Source of the DNA: Perkinsela sp. CCAP 1560/9
Lineage: Eukaryota > Protista > Euglenozoa: Kinetoplastea
NCBI GenBank assembly: GCA_965644495.1
Contig: CBFFSA010000001.1
Coordinates: 1,922,001 to 1,986,000 of the forward strand
Length of the DNA: 64,000 bases
Reading direction: 5' to 3'
The position numbers and the translations under genes are program-made. Below the pieces are notes generated by a model, which saw nothing but the letters and a program-made list of their open reading frames with translations, did not search any database and was not told the origin of the DNA. Shown here in pieces: positions 23,493-36,302 of this stretch; within the stretch, counting starts at the first letter, position 1, and each line of letters opens with the position of its first letter.

Positions 23493-24103
23493 AGAGTTTT
23501 CCTCTTTTCACAGATGCATGGATATAGAGACTCGAGAATGGGAGGTAAAGATTTGTTTTTTTATTGTTTTGGAAGAGCTCATTATAATCTTTTTTTCAGT
23601 TGATTTTCAATCTTTTTATTGACTTGAGAATAGCCTTTGGTTTTCGAAAATGGGTTTCGTTGTTGTCCCCTCCCCCGTTTGACCGCACTTTCGTGAAAAG
23701 TGCGCTTAAACCCGAATATCGACATAAACAGAAGAGTTACATTACTATACCCCCCGCTACTCAGGCGCAACCGTTTTACCTGCCCACTTACGCGCAATTT
23801 TGACGCATTGTTCAGAAGAACTGTATCAGTATATTTTTTTGTGGTAAGAGTTTTTGTACTAATTTTCACCTCTGTTGAAACTCTGTTGCAATGGAGAGTC
23901 TGCAAGTACACCCCTGCTAATATATTTTTATAAGTGGGTCATTTTTCGACTTTTATTAAAATATAAGATTTATAAAAAAATACTTCCTTGTATAATTTAT
24001 AAAAAAAATTGAAAGTTGTATACCGTTTTTGAACACGAAGATGAGCGCAACGATACAGAATTTTTTGAAGTAGACCCCAGTGTGGATGTGCAGTCCTCGC
24101 CCA

Positions 24104-24266
24104 GTCCTTTAGTTTGCTAACCCTTTTTGTATACATTGAATTGGGATTAGCTTACTAATATTAGATAGAGCAAGTGCATGAAGTCCTTTAGTTTGTCCTT
24201 CAGTTGGTTTTTGGTCTACATTGAATTGGGCTTAGCTTAATAATATTAGATAGATCAAGTACATGA
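24104..24266. repeat. Tandem direct repeat, 2 x about 80 bp
   Basis: gtcctttagtttg...tacattgaattggg.ttagctta.taatattagataga.caagt.catga twice. Confidence 0.75.
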
Positions 24267-24975
24267 CGTGCGCTTATTATGATCTCTGCGTACTCCCCCA
24301 GTCAAAAATAAAGGAAATGAAAAATCCAGAAAAGGAAACTTCTTTTTCTCATTTTCATTTTGATTTTTTATTTTCCTTTATTATCGTTCTATAAATGTTG
24401 GTAGTTTATAGGTTTCTTAGTTTTTGCCCGACTCGTTCGACTTTATGCCGTAGGTATGTCGTTCACTGATTGACATACATTGTATGCGGAAACGTACTTT
24501 TCCAACTGGATTGGATTCCAACGTTCTTTGCGACTCTGTGCTTCACGGGCCGAAATTTCTTTATCCCCAGCTATGGTATAATGTGTTATTGCTTAGCGTC
24601 CACCTTCACACTCGATCGGGCGACTTTTCGGGGGCGCCATAATGCGAATTAAAGTAAGAAATTTTGAAGAATGTGTACTTAAGTGACCGATAAACATGAT
24701 GAAAGGACAAAAAAATGAAAAAGGAAAATATCAATCAAAATCCATTTTCCTTTATTTTTGGCCAGGGGAGTATACGTTTCTGTAAGATCAGCTTTCTTCG
24801 AAAGCTTTTTACACCCTCAAAATAGGAAAGCAAGGTCGGGACCTCCTCGCGGTCTTCCCTGGCACTGTATTTCTCAGTCAACACAGTCTGCAAGATCTTC
24901 CACTCCACATTTGTGCTGCTATCTCACGGATAGTAGGGATGTCAACCGATACCACCGCTAATTGATTTTTATAAA

Positions 24976-26136
24976 TTATAAATCCAGGGCCGTTATACTG
25001 TACCCGTTGTAGTAGCATAAGCTGCGCATTTTATATCGACTAGGTACGACTTCGCCGCAAGACTCCTTGAAAAATGTGCGGCGAAGCGAAGACAACGTAC
25101 GATGAGTTTTGTGCTGCGCCATGACGGTCGCGAAAAGATCTTGAGCTTTATCGAAATGTTCCCAATTCTTCAAAGAATTTTGCGCGTACACTACACTTTT
25201 TATTTCCTGATCAACAAAAGTATTTGTTTTGCGTAAGAGTACACTGCACGTTCCACTATTTAACGACAACATGTGACACAAATCGGCTTGAGAGAAAAAA
25301 CCCGTGGAATGTAAAACTTTTAGTGTAAAAACGCCAGTCTTTGTGAGTCTACCCTTGCCCTTCCATATGACGGGTAATCCCAACTGATTAAAATTTCTTT
25401 TCTTCCACGGTCTTCCGCCTTTTGGGTTCACTGCTTTCCTGGCTTCCTGGCTTCTTTGCTCTAAGATGCGGGGAAGCTGCTGTTTTAGAGATTGCAACAC
25501 CTTGATCGTGTCCAATTGATTTCTCACCATTGCTTCCCTACTGGCCGTAGATATTTCTAATTTCTGCTTCAGCTCGTTGCACTCCCGCATAGCTATGTCG
25601 TATCTGACACTCATGATCTTCGTTTCTTCTTTCGATTTGTTCAAGTCGTCTTGAAGCTGGGAGCAGTTGGAAGCAAGACGTTTGTTGTGGGACTTTTGTC
25701 TTCGAAGTGCTTTGAGCAATTTTTTTGTTGTGCGGATGGAAGTGTCAAGCTTCTGCCGCAATGTATTGAGCTCCGCAATTGACACATCACAGGAAATCAA
25801 AGGAGTTTCCTGAACGGAGGGCGCTTCAAAAATATGATTTCCCGAGGGGGATATTGTATCGTCCGGAGGAGCAACCAGAGAGAAAGCAGTGCATGACTCC
25901 TTGAGTTCTGAAACCGCTTTGACCAATTCATATTCAAAAGACAAATCTTCCTGGATAGGTGTTTCTTTGGGAGAGTCCGCATGGGTAGAATTTGTATCTG
26001 TATTAGGAATTTCCGCGCAGGAGCGCAGATTCGTAACATAATCCATAAAATCCCTAGGTTCCGTGTCACTCGTTGTTGAATCATCACTGGACAGGTCCTC
26101 AGAATTCCAATCAGGATCATTGCCCTCGGTGTGCAC
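24976..26136 (-). CDS. Unknown 386-aa ORF with acidic N-terminus, coiled-coil and possible HTH; possibly TE-derived; may be frameshifted from ATG 26228
   Basis: Long ORF, heptad-rich middle, KGGRPWKKR, SQADLCHMLSLNSGTCSVLL. Confidence 0.45.
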   Translation of the reverse strand: MHTEGNDPDWNSEDLSSDDSTTSDTEPRDFMDYVTNLRSCAEIPNTDTNSTHADSPKETPIQEDLSFEYELVKAVSELKESCTAFSLVAPPDDTISPSGNHIFEAPSVQETPLISCDVSIAELNTLRQKLDTSIRTTKKLLKALRRQKSHNKRLASNCSQLQDDLNKSKEETKIMSVRYDIAMRECNELKQKLEISTASREAMVRNQLDTIKVLQSLKQQLPRILEQRSQEARKAVNPKGGRPWKKRNFNQLGLPVIWKGKGRLTKTGVFTLKVLHSTGFFSQADLCHMLSLNSGTCSVLLRKTNTFVDQEIKSVVYAQNSLKNWEHFDKAQDLFATVMAQHKTHRTLSSLRRTFFKESCGEVVPSRYKMRSLCYYNGYSITALDL

Positions 26137-26765
26137 GTGTAACTGTCGCTAGATGTACAGTCTTCATTGCTTTGTTGAGATTCAGGAGGAGAAACCACTT
26201 CGAATTCTGAGTCGTAAAGGTTTTCCATAGTTAAAGTAGAAAAGAAATTTTTAAGTCGTCTAAAATGTTTTTTGGTCGTCCTAAGAAAACGAGGAAAAAA
26301 ATGATGAAAAAAAATGCAGGGGTCGGAAAACTACGAATAAGAGGTTTTAATGGTTGATTCAGCTTCTCTATGTATGTCTGAATACTTTACAAAAAAGATC
26401 AATCAAAAAGTAGTCACGTAGATCATAAAATCTTTCCTCTGTGAATCTCGAACGGCCCTGTATAAATATAAATGCAAAGGTTTTATAATTTATATTTATA
26501 AAAAATAATTGGCGGGGGTGTAGTCCCTTTGGGCGTTCAAAAATGATCTCCAGTATCTGCCCCGGTGCGGTTAACCTGGGGGACAGTACGCGTGTGAAGT
26601 AGAACGCCGGGGTTCTCGAATTCGACAATTTTCTGGACAGAGCTGTACTGTAGCTACAGCCTCTAGTAAGGACATGTACGTATGCATCTACAATGTATAG
26701 CCAACGTAGAACTCTACTTGCCCTCTCCAATTTGACTTTTTCCACCGAGCTTCTGCATCAAAACG

Positions 26766-27686
26766 ATGCAGCACAGTCTTGTTTTTTCTTCTTTCTTCAT
26801 TTTTATGTTTCTCACTCCACTTTCCATTGTTTCTTCTGTGACGCAGGACGAGGGACGGTCTGCGAAACGTCGAAAGCGAAATGAGGGCATTTCTCCCGTG
26901 AGAGAGGAAGCAACGCCACATAAAGCCATAAAGGCGCATAAAGTACGAGGCGCCCAATTACCCCAGGAATATGAACTTGCACATTTTGTTCAAGATCTAA
27001 AGTATCCCCATCGCACATGGAATTCCTCTGTACCTGCGTGTGAGTGGATAGGTGTCACCTGTGATGAGGAGCTACGCGTCACCGATATTGAATGGTGGTT
27101 TATGGGCCTCAAGGGACCTCTTCAGTGGGACCACTTATGCCACACCGTACGCGATTTTAGTGCGCGGGGGAGTAAAATTCAGGGAAGCGTACCACTCGAT
27201 GTGTTGCCATCTGAAATGACTAAGTTCTTGATCATTAATAATGGATTCTCAGGAGAATTGGATTTTTTGCATTTGCCTCACGCGATCAAAGGACTGTATC
27301 TGAACGATAACAAGTTTCAAGGATGTGTGGATCTGACACACTTGCCTGCAACCTTAAGAGTTTTGAAGGTGTATTTGAATCAGCTTTCAGGGGAAGTTGA
27401 TCTTACTCGTTTGCCGCAACGTATGGAAGAGTTGATTCTCACGGCTAATCGTTTCACGGGATCGCTAAACTTACAGCATTTACCTCCGTCACTCAAGATT
27501 CTCGAATGCAATCAGAATCTATTCGTTGGTCTTGTGATGTTTGACCGTCTTCCCATAAACCTACTAAAGCTTGATTTAAGTGAAAACGCGGGGCTTTGCG
27601 GGGAACTAGACAGAGCTGTTCTCCCCGCAAAGAGCGCCGATGTTTCCGTTAGAGATACGGAAATCACCTTAAAGTCCTTAACCTAG
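26766..27686 (+). CDS. LRR protein, subfamily A, with hydrophobic N-terminus and NLS-like AKRRKRN
   Basis: HKVRGAQLPQEYEL; 7 LRRs; start uncertain. Confidence 0.9.
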   Translation: MQHSLVFSSFFIFMFLTPLSIVSSVTQDEGRSAKRRKRNEGISPVREEATPHKAIKAHKVRGAQLPQEYELAHFVQDLKYPHRTWNSSVPACEWIGVTCDEELRVTDIEWWFMGLKGPLQWDHLCHTVRDFSARGSKIQGSVPLDVLPSEMTKFLIINNGFSGELDFLHLPHAIKGLYLNDNKFQGCVDLTHLPATLRVLKVYLNQLSGEVDLTRLPQRMEELILTANRFTGSLNLQHLPPSLKILECNQNLFVGLVMFDRLPINLLKLDLSENAGLCGELDRAVLPAKSADVSVRDTEITLKSLT

Positions 27687-28057
27687 CCTCTACTGTATAG
27701 TAGAATACCTTACTGTTTCGTAGAGAAATTGTCCAAAGCGAATAATGGTGAGTGGGGTTTCTTCAGGATTCAAAACCTCTTCTGCCATTACCCAGCATTG
27801 TTTTATGTAAAGAAAGCTCTTTGTTTCGTCCTTACAAGCGCATATTAGGTACTAATTTCTGATTAACGTTTCTAAATTATTAAGTCTCTATTTGTGAATT
27901 AAATTTATTTCGGTGTACGTGTGAAAACTTTACATACTTTGCACGTTGTATATATTATAAAGTCGAATAAGTATTTTAGTCCTCCGGAGAATCGTTTTTA
28001 TGGAATATACAGCAGAGTAGAAAAAGAGGTATTTTAAAAAAGTCTACTTTTTGTGTA

Positions 28058-28882
28058 ATGCTCACTGTTTACAACATTGACGACGGCTCCGACCTGCGAC
28101 GAGGGAAAGTCGCCTCACTGTTGCTTCCCCAGGAAGATTTGCTGGAGCGTTTGGTAGCGCTCATCCATAACAAGCCTAAGTGTTGGAGAACGACGAAGAA
28201 AGGGTGGTTTGGTCGAGTGAAGAAAGTATCCGTGTGCACATGGGAAGGGGTAGTTTGTGATGAAGCCCAAACGATCACCCGGCTCTTATGGACGAGCACC
28301 TATGGCTTTTACCTGCGTGGAGCACTATCATGGCCCTACCTTCCTAAAAGCCTTCATCACGGGCACGTAGTCCGTCAACGGGGCCTTCAGGGGAATATTA
28401 CAGAGATTCAGTACCCGTCCAATTTGATTTCCCTCACGGCCGGACACAGCTCTTTTTCCGGGACGCTGGATCTCACGCACTTGCCGCCTACGCTACTGGA
28501 GCTGAAATTACAAAAAAATCATATTCACGGGGGGCTTGACTTCAGTGCTCTGCCTCTCACACTTCGCGTGCTCCTATTGCATGGAAATCGATTTACCGGA
28601 TCGGTACAACTCGATAATCTTCCCGGAACGCTGCAGCGGTTACAACTCGATCATAATTTTCTTGAAGGGGAACTGGATTTAAAAAATTTGTTGGAATCGA
28701 AAAACCAAAACTTTGATCTTGATGTGCGATACAACCAATTTTCGTCATACGCGCCGAATGTGACATTGCCGGGGAATGTGAGGTATTTACCTCAACGAAT
28801 GCAGGAGACAAGTGACGACAGTTCAAGTGGAAGTTCATCATATTCCCTCTCGGACTCCATGACAGATTTACATAGTTACTGA
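28058..28882 (+). CDS. LRR protein with subfamily B leader, divergent LRR body and Ser-rich tail
   Basis: IDDGSDLRRGKVASLLLPQE; KKGWFGRVKK insert; about 6 LRRs. Confidence 0.9.
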   Translation: MLTVYNIDDGSDLRRGKVASLLLPQEDLLERLVALIHNKPKCWRTTKKGWFGRVKKVSVCTWEGVVCDEAQTITRLLWTSTYGFYLRGALSWPYLPKSLHHGHVVRQRGLQGNITEIQYPSNLISLTAGHSSFSGTLDLTHLPPTLLELKLQKNHIHGGLDFSALPLTLRVLLLHGNRFTGSVQLDNLPGTLQRLQLDHNFLEGELDLKNLLESKNQNFDLDVRYNQFSSYAPNVTLPGNVRYLPQRMQETSDDSSSGSSSYSLSDSMTDLHSY

Positions 28883-29225
28883 GATTACTAGTTAGCGACG
28901 TTTCCTTTTGGAACCCTTGGATGTGCGGGTTTCTGAGACCCTTAGGTATGAAAAACGAAAACATTTCAGAAGAAGACAACAAAAACATTTGCCTGCTGCA
29001 TTTTCCCCCAAAAAAGCTATCCACTCGTTGAGAAAAATTTTACTTTCTTTACTGGGTGGTGTACGGTAATTTAGCCTTAGCAATTTCCTTTTATTGAAGT
29101 ACACTGATGTAACTGATGTATACTTTTGTTTTCTCATTTTACGTGGGTTTTTCGCTCCGTTCTTCTCATTTGCATTGTTTTCCTATTGTAAAAAATAGGA
29201 AATTATTTACATATTTATAAACCTA

Positions 29226-29896
29226 AACCGGGGTGCATATTATTACCAAAGTGTGATGGGCTTATCACACTTTGATAGCGCTATCAAACTGTGATAATAA
29301 TGTGCAAGACGCCCAATTGTGATAAAAATGTGCAAGCAGGTTATTATCACAATTGAAAAATGAAGTACCAAAACCTTTTTTCGTAATCAACAGAAAACTC
29401 CGACGTAGATATTCGTTTTCCGTACTTCGAACGAAGCGCCCCATAGGTTCTACTGTGTAATCCAATTTGTTTGACCAAAATCTCTTTTCGAAGAAGCGCT
29501 TGATAATTCCTGAGAATTCTTTTCATTTGTTCAAGATCACTCTTAAAATCGAAACGGTCGGTGCTCTCTCGAGGTTTTTCACCAAGAAACATTCTTTGTC
29601 TTCTTCAACCGACAAGGCATATCATGCACCACATTTCTTTTGAATCAAATGCAATCTGCAACGTACATTGTATGACTCGGTAGGGTCATTCTTTCCATGA
29701 AGCTCCTTGAGAAACCCAATTGTGATAATAATGTGAAATGTGATAATAATCCGCAATTGTGATAATAATGTGCCAATTGTGATAATAATCCGCAATTGTG
29801 ATAATAATGTGCCAATTGTGATAATAATCCACAATTGTGATAATAATACGAAATGTGATAATAATCCGAACTTTGATATTAATCCGCCCCCCGGTT
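29226..29896. mobile_element. MITE with a subterminal array of ttgtgataataa motifs
   Basis: TA|aaccgggg...caaagt and actttg...ccccggtt|TA; about 8 tandem tgtgataataa units at 29719-29865. Confidence 0.7.
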
Positions 29897-32065
29897 TACA
29901 TACTTGTATACTACCCCTGTGTGTACGGGGGGATAAGAGTACGAAAACTACTCAAACGACAAAGATATCGTTTCTGTAAAGTTGCTTTCTCCGAAAGCCT
30001 TTGACCACCTCTAAATGGGGCAGCAAAGTCAGGACATCCTCGCGTACTTCCCTGGCACTGTCATCTCATTGACAGCACACATTTGAACGTCATTGGTTTA
30101 AAAAGCCAAAAAGTGGACAAAGAATATTTCGTACTCTCTGTAAATTGCGTAAGTGGCTAACTTACACGCTCATTGTGTAAGTGACTAACTTAGCCCGGAA
30201 GGTATTATAATGCGTTTAATCTTATTTATAATGCGAATAATACTCGTAAATTTCGTCAAATAAAACGGGGCGAATTCGCTCGTTCTCCAAAACGTTCAGC
30301 AAATTCTTCATCTTTGCCTCCTGCGTGGCGATGCAGGAACTGCAAATCCCTTGAAGGAGGTATAGTATGCTACCCTATATTATTTAGGGCCCGATGTTAT
30401 TATTGTCAATTTAGGACCCTACATTGAATATGACTCATATGTGCACTGCCAGATGGAGCAAAGGTCGGATCAACCGCTTTATACCCAGATTGGGTAGCCG
30501 GGTGTTCGATGGTAATTCCTCTTGAAGTTTTTACGTAGTGCACCGCATCTGGGCGGGTGCCTACCGCCTCCCGCACAGTGGGCTTGACGTGTTGCTTTAA
30601 CCAGGTTCAACGCTGAAACCGCTCTGTGCTAGACACTGGTGAAGAAGAGGAGCACATCGCGGATTTTCGCGAGTCCCGCTGGTGCCACGAAAAGCCCCTG
30701 TCATCTCTTTTGGGGCTCGGTCACTCTTTTGTTCTTCTGCTCCCGGGTTCGGGGACTCCAGGACTTCTGGATTCGCGATTAATGTCGTTTCCTGGGTGCA
30801 CAGAGAACCGGCTGGGAAACGATGTGGCTCAATGGTTCACCGCTTTTAGCTCCGCGCATTAACTCCGCGAGCTGTGTCTCAATTTCTGGCTGTCGGGGCA
30901 TTGGCTGTCGGGGCCAATGGGCATCCATGCCTTGTAAAAGAGAATGGCACCAGGGAGGACTTGAACGAGCTCACTACGGATGGTAAGCCCCATTCGCTTC
31001 ATGGAGCATGGCTGAAGAAAATTTGAACGAGTGTCAGCATCTGCGTTGTTCCCAGGGACAAGCTCGGGAGTCATGACGAGTGATACACACTCCCTGTATG
31101 GATGATCTACAAAGTGTATCAACGTCGCCTGTCTCCTCATACGTCGCTTCATCCAACGCTTTGTAGTGTCCTTATGACCCGCATCGCCCATCCTGATGGT
31201 CGGACTTTATGGTGACTGTTTCACCATTACGAACTCCATAATCCCTAAATTTTGAATGCAAACGTTCACATCCCCCACAGGCAAGCTTTATGCAGCTTGC
31301 ATCATGCGTAAAAAGGATAGAAAGCACTAGAGCGTTGTGCTTTCATCTCAGCTGGCCGAATTACTTGTAACGATTCGGCCTCTTCCACAAGCTACGCATT
31401 AAATCACTTTTGCAGTTCAGGAAAGGATAAAGAAGAAGTAATGCCTTGATTTGGATATCATAGGAGCGTATGCAGTAGGTCTGTGTAAGTTCGTGTTGAT
31501 CCGTCACGAGCTGTGTAGGTTCGTGGTAATCCGTGTAGATTTGCATAGGTTCGCGTAGTTTTTTTTGACATTTTTTTAGAAGGTTCAATGACTCGGCCTC
31601 TAGGATGATTGCATGTAGGCAAAGTTGACCGAATTAGTTAAATCACGTCACTTAAATGAAAAGTTGAATAACAGTTGAAAGAATAACAACTGAAGGAATA
31701 AACCCGCTTCGGCACATGGTTTTACAATGGAGTTGAAAGGCTTTTTCCTGGTCTTTCCAACTTTCTTAACTTATTCAAAATAAATTGACGTAGTTCTCTA
31801 GGGAATCGTTTCATTATTTTAGAACGGGGTGCATGTCTTCTTTTTCATGTCTTGTACATTGAATACTGTTGTATACATTTTTTGTTTCCAAAAATTCCTT
31901 TTTGGGAATCGTAAACAAACGACTAAAATTTATATCTTTCTAAACACTGAACTAACAACTTTTTTCCCTATTTTTTTGAACAGCTCATGTTTTCAGCTCA
32001 TGTTTAACGACTCGTTGAATCTTTCACAGCACAACCTTTGTACAATAGATTAAGCGACACGAAAG

Positions 32066-32878
32066 ATGGATGACGGCTCCGATATAAGTCTCGATCGGGT
32101 GAAATCAACGACTCGGGTTGCGTTACCTCAAGTTAATATGCTCGAAAAGCTGGTTTCCAACATTACTCAAAAGCATAAATCATGGCGTGCAACAAAAAAG
32201 AATATGTTTGGACAACTCAAACGAGCATCTGCGTGTAAATGGAAAGGAGTGAGTTGTGATGCGGATCAGCACGTGACCCGAATCGAATGGAATTCCATGA
32301 AACTGGGGGGCACACTCCCGTTGGAGAACCTACCGTTTAAGATACAATATTGTGACGTTCATGGCAACACACTCACGGGGTCGGTTGCGCTGGAGGCGCT
32401 GCCCGCCCAGCTTGTCGATTTGAATTTAGCCTACAACGCTTTCTTTGGTGAGTTAAACTTTACCCAGTTGCCTCGTACACTGCGGGTACTGGAGTTGAAT
32501 AACAACCAATTTGAGGGAAGCGTAGATCTTACAAAGTTCCCTCGAGTATTAAGATCTTTGCATCTTAACCATAATAGGCTTTCAGGGGCAGTTGATCTTT
32601 CTCATTTCCCCGATAAAATGCAAGAAATTTATTTGAGTCACAATTGTTTCACGGGACCTCTTCTGCTTCAACATTTGCCTCCGTCACTTTCCTATTTTTG
32701 TTGCCAATTTAATGCTTTCTCTGGTTTGGTTTCGTTCGACTGTCTGCCGAAAAAATTACTATTTATTTCTGTACATAACAACAACGCTCTCTCTGGTGAG
32801 GTTGACAAATCAGCGCTTCCTCAGAATTTACGGTCTGTAGATTTTAGGAACACAGAAATTCGTTTTAAAAATGTTTAG
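32066..32878 (+). CDS. LRR protein, subfamily B
   Basis: MDDGSD...LPQ; KKNMFGQLKR insert; 7 LRRs. Confidence 0.9.
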   Translation: MDDGSDISLDRVKSTTRVALPQVNMLEKLVSNITQKHKSWRATKKNMFGQLKRASACKWKGVSCDADQHVTRIEWNSMKLGGTLPLENLPFKIQYCDVHGNTLTGSVALEALPAQLVDLNLAYNAFFGELNFTQLPRTLRVLELNNNQFEGSVDLTKFPRVLRSLHLNHNRLSGAVDLSHFPDKMQEIYLSHNCFTGPLLLQHLPPSLSYFCCQFNAFSGLVSFDCLPKKLLFISVHNNNALSGEVDKSALPQNLRSVDFRNTEIRFKNV

Positions 32879-33200
32879 CGTTACCGAGGAGGCGCGGATC
32901 CTAATGACACGATAAAAAATGGTGTGTCGACTTTCTCCATTCGATGTTCAGTTTTCATGAAAACTGAAGTTCAGAACTCGGGCTTATTCAAAGCGTTCGA
33001 AAGGGCGAAGAATACATTTTTGAATAGTTCCTGCGAAAGTGAGTAATAAATTCAAACGCGCGATGATCAACGCTATTTGATCAACAGCATCTATGAAACA
33101 TTACTGGGCTAGTAAAAAAGATTCCTACTTTAGTGTGTGTTGCCCACTAGACTTTGAATGGAATCGAGATGCATACCTACATTGATAAATAAATTACATT

Positions 33201-34109
33201 GGTTTACTTACTACCTCTCAATCCTCGATTATTGAAAAACAAGTGCATGCAAATACTTGGAGAAATGGGAGGAATTGAATCATGTTTGCACACCTTTTTA
33301 AGTGCGTTTTTTAAAGACGTTTGTATAAGTCCAATATTAAGCATATTAAGCAAACCTTTGAAGAGCGTGCAAATTTGGTTCAATTTGACCGAAAACTCGA
33401 GCAATCCTACGATACATAAGTACAGGCCGAAAACATGCATGTATATACACGAAAACATACACGTATATACACGAAAACATACATGTATGTATACATGTAT
33501 GGGATATACACGTACATGTATATGGGATTTAAAATTGATTCCGAAAAGTAGTTTCCATGTCATGCTCTATCGGGGGGGTCCATGGGGGGGCATACCGCAC
33601 GAATTTTCTTTTAAAAGACTAATTCGAAAAAGCCGCGCAGAAGGCGTAGCCGGGGGTCTTGGCGCGCATTTTCCACATCCTACCCGGGAGTAGATACCCC
33701 ATGATGGGTATCCGCAGGACGGGTGCGCCAAGTTCGGATTTTTCACAATTTTTTGAAACTTTTTACCAGTTTTTCCGCCGAGTTGAATTGTTTCTCGAAA
33801 AACAAAATCGTGAAAAATCCGAACATGGCGGACCCGTCCTGTGGATGCCAAGGGGCGTCATCCCCGGGTAGGGGGTGGAAAATGCGCGCCAAGACCCCGG
33901 CTACCCCTTCTGCGTCTTTTTATAAAAATATATTTTAAAAGAAATTGTATACCACTACCCCTCCAATGGACCCCCCATTTTTTGATTTTGTTTTCAATTT
34001 TGGACCACCGGAACACCTTTATTAAATTTATGACTGTGTTCCTCTTATATTTTCGCTGTTTTTGTTCACTGTTGTTTATTAATCAAGGTAGAGCGGTAGT
34101 TATGCAACC
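33201..34109. mobile_element. Foldback-like non-autonomous element with terminal and internal inverted repeats
   Basis: Termini ggtttacttactacctctc / gtagagcggtagttatgcaacc; internal arms about 33620-33740 versus 33820-33925. Confidence 0.7.
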
Positions 34110-34420
34110 TTTGCAATTTGTAAAACTTAATGAGGGAGTAATAATAAACTGTCCCCTCTGGACGGCTGTCACGGCGCGGCGGATGGCCTGCGTCCGTTGA
34201 AGGTGTCAAAAGCTTGCGGAGAACTAGTTCGTCGGCGTCTGTACCATCAGTGAGATGGCAGTTCCCGGGAAAACCGCGAGGAGATCTCGACCTTGTTTCC
34301 CCATGTCCAAATGCATATGACAGACGTAGTCCTTCCGTGAGTTCTACCCGAGTCTATAGCCACGCTAACAAAACTGCCACGCATGTGTTTCGCAACCACT
34401 CCTCACAATTTGGATCGTTA

Positions 34421-34733
34421 CCGTATACCCCCCCAGTAAGGTACCCCCCCTAGTAAGAGAGATTCGGCCCTTTTTGGGCTGACCCCCAGTAAGAGAGATT
34501 TGGCTCGGGAGCCCCACAGGGGGCGTATAGGTGATAGGGGGTGGGTGTCCGCATGTTGGGGGCCTCGGGAGTAACCCAAATAGCGTTTTAACACGTTTTC
34601 AGAAGACCAAATAGAAACAATAGTCAAAAAAGTTGGGAGAAAAGGCAAAACTGGCCAAAAAAGCATACCCCCCCAGTAAGAGAGATTAGGCCATTTCGAT
34701 TCAAAACCCATTCTCTTACTGGGGGGTATACGG
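34421..34733. mobile_element. MITE, CCGTA-TIR family
   Basis: TA|ccgtatacccccccagtaa ... ttactggggggtatacgg|TA; homologous to 44397, 51605 and 55513. Confidence 0.85.
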
Positions 34734-35066
34734 TAATTCTTTTCAAGTGCATGAGGGCCTAGGAGTAGGAGACTCGAATCTCCTTTTCCCAAAAAGAAAT
34801 TTTGTGTTTTCTTCCTTTTTTCATGCACACTGTGAATAGCGTCACTATGTAAACACGGAATTATCTAAATGCCGTGCATTTCCGTTCTTTATCATTCGAT
34901 TATGGTTAGCAAACCATATCCAAAGAATTAATTATTCATAGGTTTTTTCATAAACACTCAGAAAAGGAATTACTCAGATTTCGCGCATTTCCGTTCATTG
35001 TTTTGATTCTGAACTACGCTTTTATACATCTGTATCAATAATCATCTGTATCAATAAAAATCTCGT

Positions 35067-35894
35067 ATGTCCCCCGTAAACTCCTTAAGCGTCTTTTTTG
35101 GGTCGTGTGCCGACGATATCAATCTCAATTCGCATGCGAAACGTCCAGGTAAGGTGCGAGGCGCCAAGCTGCCACAGGAATATGAGCTCGCACAATTTAT
35201 CCAAGATACTATGAATCCTGTCGCTTCATGGGATACGTCCATCCCTGCATGCAATTGGAATCATGTGTTTTGTAATGCTGAATTACAAGTGACAAAGATT
35301 AGTTGGGGTTATCTGTCTCTTTCAGGATCATTGAAATGGCAATATTTATGCCACACAGTACGCGAGGTTACGTTATGGCGAAACAGACTTACCGGAACTG
35401 TTCCACTTGATGTATTACCTTTGCAAATGATTTATCTTGACATAGAAAACAACAAATTTTCAGGAGAACTCGATCTGTCTCATTCGCCTTGCGGAATGGA
35501 AGCACTATTATTGACCGAGAACAAGTTTCGTGGGTATTTGGATCTCACCCATTTGCCTTCGACTATGACACGGTTGCAAATTGCCCATAATCAGCTTTGT
35601 GGGGAGGTTGGCTTTACGCACTTGCCGGACGAAATGGAACACCTGAACTCATCGCAGAACCTTTTCACTGGGCCCCTTGATTTACAACGTTTGCCCCCAG
35701 CCATTCGTTTTTTCAGGTGCCACAACAATCGATTCAGTGGTCTTGTGAAATTTGATCGTCTTCCGGAACACTTAGTTGAACTTGATTTGGTAAACAATGC
35801 GAAACTTTATGGGGATGTGGACAAGGCACTACTCCCTAAAAATTTGAAGCACGTTCTCGTGAGCGGTACTAACATTTCTTCGAACATAAAATAA
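35067..35894 (+). CDS. LRR protein, subfamily A
   Basis: RPGKVRGAKLPQEYEL; 7 LRRs. Confidence 0.92.
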   Translation: MSPVNSLSVFFGSCADDINLNSHAKRPGKVRGAKLPQEYELAQFIQDTMNPVASWDTSIPACNWNHVFCNAELQVTKISWGYLSLSGSLKWQYLCHTVREVTLWRNRLTGTVPLDVLPLQMIYLDIENNKFSGELDLSHSPCGMEALLLTENKFRGYLDLTHLPSTMTRLQIAHNQLCGEVGFTHLPDEMEHLNSSQNLFTGPLDLQRLPPAIRFFRCHNNRFSGLVKFDRLPEHLVELDLVNNAKLYGDVDKALLPKNLKHVLVSGTNISSNIK

Positions 35895-36092
35895 TGTAAT
35901 AATAATAATCCGAACTTCCCAGACCGTATAAAAACGTTCTTTGTATACAGTGTAGTGTATAGACCTATTCGAGGGTTTAATTCGTTCGAGTGGATTATAA
36001 GTACTGTGACCCCCTTTAATAGATACTAATAGACTAAAAATTGGGGGAAGCACAAAGGAAAACAAAATACTTCGAATTCACAGAACATTCAA

Positions 36093-36192
36093 TTAGTCGC
36101 TTCTTTAAGCGACTCTTCGCTTGCAATATAGAAGTCACTCATGCTGCGCGCTTCGCGTTGAAAACTACCTCCGCGTTTAACGAAGCGACTAA
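36093..36192. repeat. Palindromic hairpin repeat, copy 2 (reverse orientation)
   Basis: tagaagtcactcatgctgcgcgcttcgc core; arms ttagtcgcttc / gaagcgactaa. Confidence 0.75.
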
Positions 36193-36302
36193 AAGGAAAA
36201 CTTTGGCCTGCGAAGCCGAAGAAAACGGGGCCAAAAAAAATATTTTTGGGTAATCAACCCTTTACATTAAGAGGGGCGAACCGGGCTTAAGCAGCGAGCT
36301 AG

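Noticed and set aside
29719-29865. CRISPR-like repeat array
   Set aside because: Units are about 18-21 nt tandem repeats without unique spacers and lie inside a TIR element; no cas genes seen
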